Positions 5,569-10,739 of a stretch of 10,739 bases of DNA are shown in pieces. The translations under genes and the position numbers were made by a program. The notes beneath the pieces were generated by a model. It did no database searches. It saw nothing but the letters and a program-made list of their open reading frames with translations, and was not told the origin of the DNA. The first letter of the stretch is position 1, and each line of letters opens with the position of its first letter. Source of the DNA: a virus (Duplodnaviria; Heunggongvirae; Uroviricota; Caudoviricetes); IMG/VR virus record IMGVR_UViG_3300010362_000014, positions 1 through 10,739 of that record; one strand, given 5' to 3'.

Positions 5569-6699
5569 ATGGCATATACCGCTACCTATTTAGTGGATGC
5601 CTCAAGCCTAGCCTTCGACGAAAACACTAATGCCTCTTGGGTGCATGCATTACCGATCGGTAATTATAAGCATCCATTATATGGAACTATTAGTGTTACA
5701 GCGGAGCGGGCAAAGAGGTTTGCCGAAAGTGTGACCAAGAAGGTTCGCGGCATTGATCTCAGCATCAACTATGTTCATGATAATGATAATGTTGCTGCTG
5801 GATGGGTCAAAGACGCACAAGACCGTGCAGATGGCGTCTGGCTGTTTGTTGAATGGGTAAAAGATGCAGCTCAGGCCATCAGGGATAAGAAATGGCGGTA
5901 TTTCTCCGCTGAGTTTAAGGACGAATGGGAAGATTCTACAGGCAAAAAGTTCACGGATGTTATTTTTGGTGGTGCGCTTACAAACCGACCATTCATGAAA
6001 AATTTGGTTCCAATTAACTTGTCCGAGCAGGTATACGAGAATGCGTATGACCTCGTATCAACAATCTCGGGTATTAATATCGACTCCTTGAAGGGAGGGA
6101 ATAGCGTGTCACTGTCTGATGAGGATATTGCTAAGGTAGTAACTAAATTAAAGGAAGAATTAGTTCCTAAAGCACCAACTCCTCCAGCTACAGATCCTGC
6201 CATTTTGTCGATGCTTGATGATAATCCTGAGCTTAAGACGCTTGCGGAATCCAATCCTCTGGTAAAGGCGCTTATTACGGCCGTTGAGGTTCAGAAGCGT
6301 AATATCGTCGAAGGCGCCAAGAAACTCAAAGAACAGCAGATCGAGGCGAGACTTGCCGAATTCGATCGTTCGAAGATTGTTCTGACTCCCACCTCTAAGG
6401 AGCGAGTTGTCAGTCTTTTGGACAAGATGCCAACAGAATTACATGAGGACTTCTGGAAACTGCTTAGTGAAATGCGCTCTTCATCTACGTTCTTGGTAGA
6501 ATTAGGTGAAAGAGCTGGTGCAACAATTAATTATGGGATTCCCAAGAGTGCAGTTAAGCAGTTTAATGAGCTTGCTGCTTCCATCGCGGTTGATCGTAAG
6601 ATTACAGAATCTGACGCCTTTGAGGCTGCTGCGGCGGAGAACCGTGACCTTTATAAGGCTTATCGCAACGAGATTATGTCCGGTGAGGTGGTGAAATAA
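5569..6699 (+). CDS. Mu gpI-like prohead protease with C-terminal scaffold region (376 aa)
   Basis: Motifs ALPIG...HP.YG, INYVH....AAGWV, W......I....WRYFSAEF and GGALTNRPF.KNL.PI, followed by a helical, charged C-terminal half. Confidence 0.9.
   Translation: MAYTATYLVDASSLAFDENTNASWVHALPIGNYKHPLYGTISVTAERAKRFAESVTKKVRGIDLSINYVHDNDNVAAGWVKDAQDRADGVWLFVEWVKDAAQAIRDKKWRYFSAEFKDEWEDSTGKKFTDVIFGGALTNRPFMKNLVPINLSEQVYENAYDLVSTISGINIDSLKGGNSVSLSDEDIAKVVTKLKEELVPKAPTPPATDPAILSMLDDNPELKTLAESNPLVKALITAVEVQKRNIVEGAKKLKEQQIEARLAEFDRSKIVLTPTSKERVVSLLDKMPTELHEDFWKLLSEMRSSSTFLVELGERAGATINYGIPKSAVKQFNELAASIAVDRKITESDAFEAAAAENRDLYKAYRNEIMSGEVVK
6106..6699 (+). CDS. Putative nested scaffolding protein (197 aa) from an in-frame internal start
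   Basis: AAGGGAGGG Shine-Dalgarno (GGAGG 6094-6098) lies 7 nt before an in-frame GTG (codon 180), just after the protease domain, as for Mu I/Z and lambda C/Nu3. Confidence 0.6.
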   Translation: MSLSDEDIAKVVTKLKEELVPKAPTPPATDPAILSMLDDNPELKTLAESNPLVKALITAVEVQKRNIVEGAKKLKEQQIEARLAEFDRSKIVLTPTSKERVVSLLDKMPTELHEDFWKLLSEMRSSSTFLVELGERAGATINYGIPKSAVKQFNELAASIAVDRKITESDAFEAAAAENRDLYKAYRNEIMSGEVVK

Positions 6700-7139
6700 T
6701 GGCTAACTTTGCTGGGCTTGATAAGGGATATCCGGTTCTTTCGACCTATAACTCGTCGGCTGCCGCTGGCGTTACGAAGTTTAGAGTCGTAAAGTTCTCG
6801 GTTTCCTCGTCTGTCGCATTTATTGATTTGCAAACTTCTGCTACTGGTACTTCGCTTGGTGTTGTTCAAGATGATATTGATCAGGTAAAGGTTGCTACTG
6901 CTAAAGCTCTTGCGAATGTTCGTCTTGAGGGAATTACTTATATAGCGGCCAATGCGACTCCTGGTGCCATTGCAATTGGCAGCCGTGTGGCATCTGGTGC
7001 TGCTGGTGGAGGTATATTAGCAGCTACTGGTAACCTCGTTGTTGGAGTTTGTGTTGGTATGAGCGTTCCTGGTGGTACCGTTGCTGCTGGTGACCTTATC
7101 TCCATTCTGTTAACTCCCGGCTACATCGCGGCTCCGTAA
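6699..7139 (+). CDS. Capsid decoration/cement protein, DUF2190-like (146 aa)
   Basis: Gly/Ala/Val-rich, with pattern LGVVQ...V...G.......GAIA.G..V.S.A.G and C-terminal AAGD.I.ILL; TAATG coupling to the protease gene; immediately precedes the capsid gene. Confidence 0.75.
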   Translation: MANFAGLDKGYPVLSTYNSSAAAGVTKFRVVKFSVSSSVAFIDLQTSATGTSLGVVQDDIDQVKVATAKALANVRLEGITYIAANATPGAIAIGSRVASGAAGGGILAATGNLVVGVCVGMSVPGGTVAAGDLISILLTPGYIAAP

Positions 7140-7160
7140 TCGAGAGGAGGGTAGAAAACT

Positions 7161-8141
7161 ATGTCTTACTACAGCCCAACTGGTTCTGGCAACGTACATA
7201 TTGATCAGGTTCTAACCCAAATCTCGGTGGGTTGGCCTAATGAGGGTCTTGTTGGGAATGCATTATTCCCTGCAATCGGTGTACAAAAGCAATCGAACAA
7301 ATACTACATCTTCGGTCGCGAGGGTTGGCTTCCCGAAAACGATGACCGTGCTCCTGGATCGGTTGCCAACGAAGTTGCCGGCGCTGCGGTGTCGACAGAC
7401 ACCTATTACGCTCGCGAGCATGCTCTGCAAATTGCGGTTACCGACGAAGAGCGTGAGAATGTTGATTCTCCGCTAACTCCTGACCGCGATGCAACCGAGA
7501 TGGTCACAATGAAGATCATGCTTGGGCGCGAAGTTGCTATTAAGAATTTAGCCACTACAACTGGTAACTATGCTACCGGTCTTTCAACAACCTTAGCCGG
7601 TGCGGCGCAGTGGAATAGTGCAAACTATGCAACAAGCGATCCGATTTCGGATTTGCGTACCGGCAAGGTTGCCGTTAATGGCCGTATCTTTATGGATCCG
7701 AATACTCTGGTTGTTCCTTACCAGGTTATGGCGGCTCTTGAGGATCATCCAGATTTCCTGGAACGTATAAAGTATTCCGAGCGGGCCATTTTCTCGCCTG
7801 AGTTGCTTGGCGCAATTCTAGGTTTCGATCGGGTTATTGCTCCTGGTGTTGGTATCAACTCCGCGAACCTTGGTCAGCCGGTCTCCCTTGGTTACCTGTG
7901 GGGCAAGGATGTCGTAATGGCCTGGGTGCCTGCGCGTCCCGGCTTAAAGATTCCTGCCTACGGATATGAATTTACCTGGGGTACGCAGTACGTTGACCGC
8001 TGGCGCGAGGATCCTCGTAAGAGTGATCTTATTCGTGCAACTCGTAGATATGATCTGAAGCTTGTTGCTCAGGGCGATCCAGGGTCTTCGGATGCTGGTA
8101 AAGCCGTAGCAGGTTATCTAATCAAGGCAGCTATTGCTTAA
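7161..8141 (+). CDS. Major capsid protein (326 aa, HK97-fold, gpE-like family)
   Basis: Strong AGGAGG RBS; N-terminal IDQVLTQISVGWPN...LFP...V.KQS.KYYIF; DPISDL...K and PN.LV motifs; position after the scaffold and decoration genes. Confidence 0.92.
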   Translation: MSYYSPTGSGNVHIDQVLTQISVGWPNEGLVGNALFPAIGVQKQSNKYYIFGREGWLPENDDRAPGSVANEVAGAAVSTDTYYAREHALQIAVTDEERENVDSPLTPDRDATEMVTMKIMLGREVAIKNLATTTGNYATGLSTTLAGAAQWNSANYATSDPISDLRTGKVAVNGRIFMDPNTLVVPYQVMAALEDHPDFLERIKYSERAIFSPELLGAILGFDRVIAPGVGINSANLGQPVSLGYLWGKDVVMAWVPARPGLKIPAYGYEFTWGTQYVDRWREDPRKSDLIRATRRYDLKLVAQGDPGSSDAGKAVAGYLIKAAIA

Positions 8142-8152
8142 TTGGAGTCATT

Positions 8153-8401
8153 GTGGCTAAGCGTGCTGTTGCAGTTACGAGGATTAAATTTGGTTCCGGG
8201 CCTGAAAGTGTGATTGAAGCAGGTGCCGACATTACAGCCGGTACCTTTAACAAGGATCAATTAAAAGAACTTTATGACGCTGGATCCATTGTGTTAATGG
8301 ATGATACTACGGTTGAGGAAGCTGCACAGGAGGCGGCAACTGAAACCCCAGAAGTTTCATCCGAACCTGCTGATGAAGCTTCAGAAACGCCTGAAAGTTA
8401 G
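8153..8401 (+). CDS. Small protein with acidic, low-complexity C-terminus (82 aa)
   Basis: GGAG RBS and GTG start; occupies the usual post-capsid accessory position. Confidence 0.7.
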   Translation: MAKRAVAVTRIKFGSGPESVIEAGADITAGTFNKDQLKELYDAGSIVLMDDTTVEEAAQEAATETPEVSSEPADEASETPES

Positions 8402-8404
8402 TGA

Positions 8405-8857
8405 ATGTCAAATCGTATTACTGCGGCTGAGGCGCAGGGGTGGGGAGAGAGAACCAAATTAAATCTCTCCACTCTTGACACTGATCTATGTGTTCAAATC
8501 GAGGAGGAAGTTCTTTCAAGACTTGGAACAGTCTATGATACATCAACATGGGTTGATCCAACGACTACCCCTCGCCTGGTCCGTGTAATTATTGCGAAGC
8601 TTTACGTTGCATGGTTCTACGATAGACAATATAGCGAAAATCAAGATCAGGGCAACGATTATGCTGCACTTCTTCGTAATAACGCAGAAATGCTTATGAC
8701 TGGATTGTTAGATGGTACGATAGAAATTCCAAATACTCCAGCAGATAATCCACAACAAGCAGCTTTTTATCCAAATGATGCATCAAGCGCCATGGAACCG
8801 ACTGCTGAAGATCCATCTTTAGGACCTGCAAAGTTCTCGATGGGTAAGATGTTTTAA
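8405..8857 (+). CDS. Probable head-tail adaptor (Mu gp36/DUF1320-like or gp6-like, 150 aa)
   Basis: Helical pattern EEEVLSRLG..YD......P..VR.IIAKL.VAWFY.R and A...L..L..G.I.I; synteny. Confidence 0.7.
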   Translation: MSNRITAAEAQGWGERTKLNLSTLDTDLCVQIEEEVLSRLGTVYDTSTWVDPTTTPRLVRVIIAKLYVAWFYDRQYSENQDQGNDYAALLRNNAEMLMTGLLDGTIEIPNTPADNPQQAAFYPNDASSAMEPTAEDPSLGPAKFSMGKMF

Positions 8858-8858
8858 A

Positions 8859-9584
8859 ATGACCATGCCAATTGACCCGTTCGGTGGTCCTAACGCAAAT
8901 CAAATAATTAGCTCCGCTGGTAAATTAAAATTTGGCGCAGTATTTAGCGAATATGATCCAATAGTAAGTTTCCTTGTTGGTCGATCGGTAACTTATCCAA
9001 CAGTATACCCAAATACTACAATAGGAGGATACACCTTTCACATGCAAGCTATGGTGCTTGCAGACCAAGTCGATAAGCTCGCCGTAGACATAAGATCTTT
9101 TAGAACACCATTAAGAAGAATTGTTGAACAAGTTATAATTCCATCAATTAAGACAAACTTTGCCGAGGGTGGACGTCCACGTTGGCAGCCGTTGTCTGAA
9201 GGAACAATAGATAATAGGAAAGGTTCCGCCCAACCGGTATTGGTTAGAACCGGAAGATTAAGAAGAGTTGCTACGCAAAGAAATATGTGGAATTATTTTT
9301 CAGTAACCGATGGTGAAATTAACGCGGTTTCGTTCAACCAAGAGCAATTAGAGAAACGTGCAAAATATGGTACATTTCACCAGTATGGAGCGATGAGATT
9401 TAATGCACGTGTTGGACTAATGATTGGTGGAGTTGAGACACCACGCTTGGAATTACCAGCACGACCTTTCGTACAACTTATCGGATCTGAAACAACCGAG
9501 GCCCAAATTATTATGTATCACTGGTTATCTGAAAGAGTAGATTATCAGTATTACGGATTTGGTAATAAGCCTGGTAGGCGATGA
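8859..9584 (+). CDS. Phage virion morphogenesis / tail completion protein, Mu gpG-like (241 aa)
   Basis: Motifs NF..GGRP.WQPLS..T, L.RTG.LR, KYG.FHQYG and LPARPF. Confidence 0.8.
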   Translation: MTMPIDPFGGPNANQIISSAGKLKFGAVFSEYDPIVSFLVGRSVTYPTVYPNTTIGGYTFHMQAMVLADQVDKLAVDIRSFRTPLRRIVEQVIIPSIKTNFAEGGRPRWQPLSEGTIDNRKGSAQPVLVRTGRLRRVATQRNMWNYFSVTDGEINAVSFNQEQLEKRAKYGTFHQYGAMRFNARVGLMIGGVETPRLELPARPFVQLIGSETTEAQIIMYHWLSERVDYQYYGFGNKPGRR

Positions 9585-10027
9585 TGCCTCATACTGATAA
9601 CGATACTACATTAGCAATTGCGATCAGGACCATCATTCAAAATAATATGATTTCCTTGGGAATCAATGACGTTTTATACGGCAATCATACACAAGTCCCA
9701 AGTGATAGAACCGTTATCGTTAAAGCATTAGGAAGACAGAAGCAACTCGTTGGTGTTCAGGGTCCAGGTGGAAGAACTGACAATTCATTAAATGTTCAAA
9801 TAGAGGTTCATATTAGTGCAGTTGGCGACGAGGAGACTCTGAGAAAAGAAGTTGATGATTTAGCTACTGCTATAGAAGATTTATTAAATAATGACGTAAC
9901 AGTCGGCGGGATTATAATACATGGATACATAACGGACGTTGGTCGTGGAGAAACATTTATTAACAATTCTATGTTCCGCTCAGTTATTATGAGTTATTCT
10001 GGTAAGACTCGCACATTAATCTCCTAG
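9581..10027 (+). CDS. Probable tail terminator protein (148 aa)
   Basis: ATGA overlap with the previous gene; pattern D.LA.AIEDLL..D.T.GG; located just before the tube gene. Confidence 0.62.
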   Translation: MMPHTDNDTTLAIAIRTIIQNNMISLGINDVLYGNHTQVPSDRTVIVKALGRQKQLVGVQGPGGRTDNSLNVQIEVHISAVGDEETLRKEVDDLATAIEDLLNNDVTVGGIIIHGYITDVGRGETFINNSMFRSVIMSYSGKTRTLIS

Positions 10028-10041
10028 GAGGCACAACCGTC

Positions 10042-10242
10042 GTGAAGTACGAGATTGTCTCCGACCGGCCGTGCTTCATAGATGGTCTCGGAGAATTAAA
10101 ACCAGGCGAAACGCTTGAGCTTAATGATGAGCAATTGCGGCTCTTTGAGTTCTATCATGGGGTTCAGCTAAAGGATGCTAATTTTCCTCCTGATGTAATT
10201 GTAACCACCGTTTTAGCTCAGCAGGAGGACCGTGATGCCTAA
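10042..10242 (+). CDS. Small hypothetical protein (66 aa)
   Basis: AGGAGG RBS before the GTG start; overlaps the next gene by 8 nt. Confidence 0.65.
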   Translation: MKYEIVSDRPCFIDGLGELKPGETLELNDEQLRLFEFYHGVQLKDANFPPDVIVTTVLAQQEDRDA

Positions 10243-10739
10243 TCCTGGAATTGGCGCATCTGGCATACTTGGGATTGCCTTTGAGCAGTTACCACCTCCG
10301 GTTCAATCTGCGTTATCTACTGCAGCCTCAGGTGGTACTATTACTGCCGGTACATATAGATATGTTGTGACTGCAATTAATGCCAATGGTGAGACAACCG
10401 CTAGTAATGAGCAGTCGATTACTACATCTGGTTCAACTTCTACAGTAACAGTTACCTGGGCTACGGTAACCAGCGCTACCGGATATAAACTTTATAAAAC
10501 TGCAGCAGGCGGCGCAACCGGTACGGAATTACTTTATAAGACCGTCGGTGCTGTGACTTCCGATATTGATACTTCACCAGGCTCACCATCTGGTGCATTC
10601 CCAACTCTAAACACTGCAGCAGATCCAGGTGTATATTATGCTCCAGTGAAATATGTACCGTTCAATAGCGAAAATATAATGATTAATCAGTCTACCATTT
10701 ATCGTCGACCAATTCGCCAAACTGCAGATATTGTCGGCG
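10235..10739 (+). CDS. Probable tail tube (major tail) protein, partial, with an internal Fn3-like insertion
   Basis: AGGAGG RBS, ATG at 10235, frame open to the window end (168 codons). MPNPGIGASGILGIAFE ... PGVYYAPVKYVPFNSE...Q..IYRRPIR resembles tube-protein N-termini. The intervening segment is Thr/Ser-rich and beta-strand-like. Confidence 0.72.
   Translation, partial: MPNPGIGASGILGIAFEQLPPPVQSALSTAASGGTITAGTYRYVVTAINANGETTASNEQSITTSGSTSTVTVTWATVTSATGYKLYKTAAGGATGTELLYKTVGAVTSDIDTSPGSPSGAFPTLNTAADPGVYYAPVKYVPFNSENIMINQSTIYRRPIRQTADIVG

Noticed and set aside
5871-7476. ORFs 5871-6254 (-), 6506-6694 (+), 6660-6869 (-) and 7240-7476 (+)
   Set aside because: Alternative-frame or antisense shadows of the protease, decoration and capsid genes.
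132-8141. GC rise from terL toward the capsid gene as evidence of horizontal transfer
   Set aside because: Based on a few sampled lines only, and codon bias in highly expressed structural genes explains it equally well.
8694-8903. Minus-strand ORF of 69 aa
   Set aside because: Antisense to two adjacent structural genes with no supporting signals.
1-10739. Stop-codon reassignment (alternative genetic code)
   Set aside because: TAA, TAG and TGA all end full-length genes at sensible boundaries, and coding density is already near complete under the standard code.

Overview
This window is the DNA-packaging, head and early tail module of a tailed dsDNA phage or prophage, with all genes on the + strand. 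Gene order: 3' end of an upstream gene (possibly terS) containing a 12-bp tandem array; terminase large subunit interrupted at Walker A by a 343-aa class 3 intein with a LAGLIDADG endonuclease; a cassette of about five small accessory genes, including an SNase-like nuclease, a 46-aa basic protein and a possible membrane micropeptide; Mu gp29/DUF935-like portal; a small basic protein; Mu gpI-like protease with an apparent internal-start scaffold; DUF2190-like capsid decoration protein; major capsid protein; head-tail and tail-completion genes; and the 5' part of a tail tube protein that seems to carry an inserted, permuted Fn3-like domain. Three tandem duplications (12, 28 and 33 bp) all lie on gene ends in the first 3 kb. 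Family names come from motif recognition, not database searches. No CRISPR array, tRNA or rRNA is supported.
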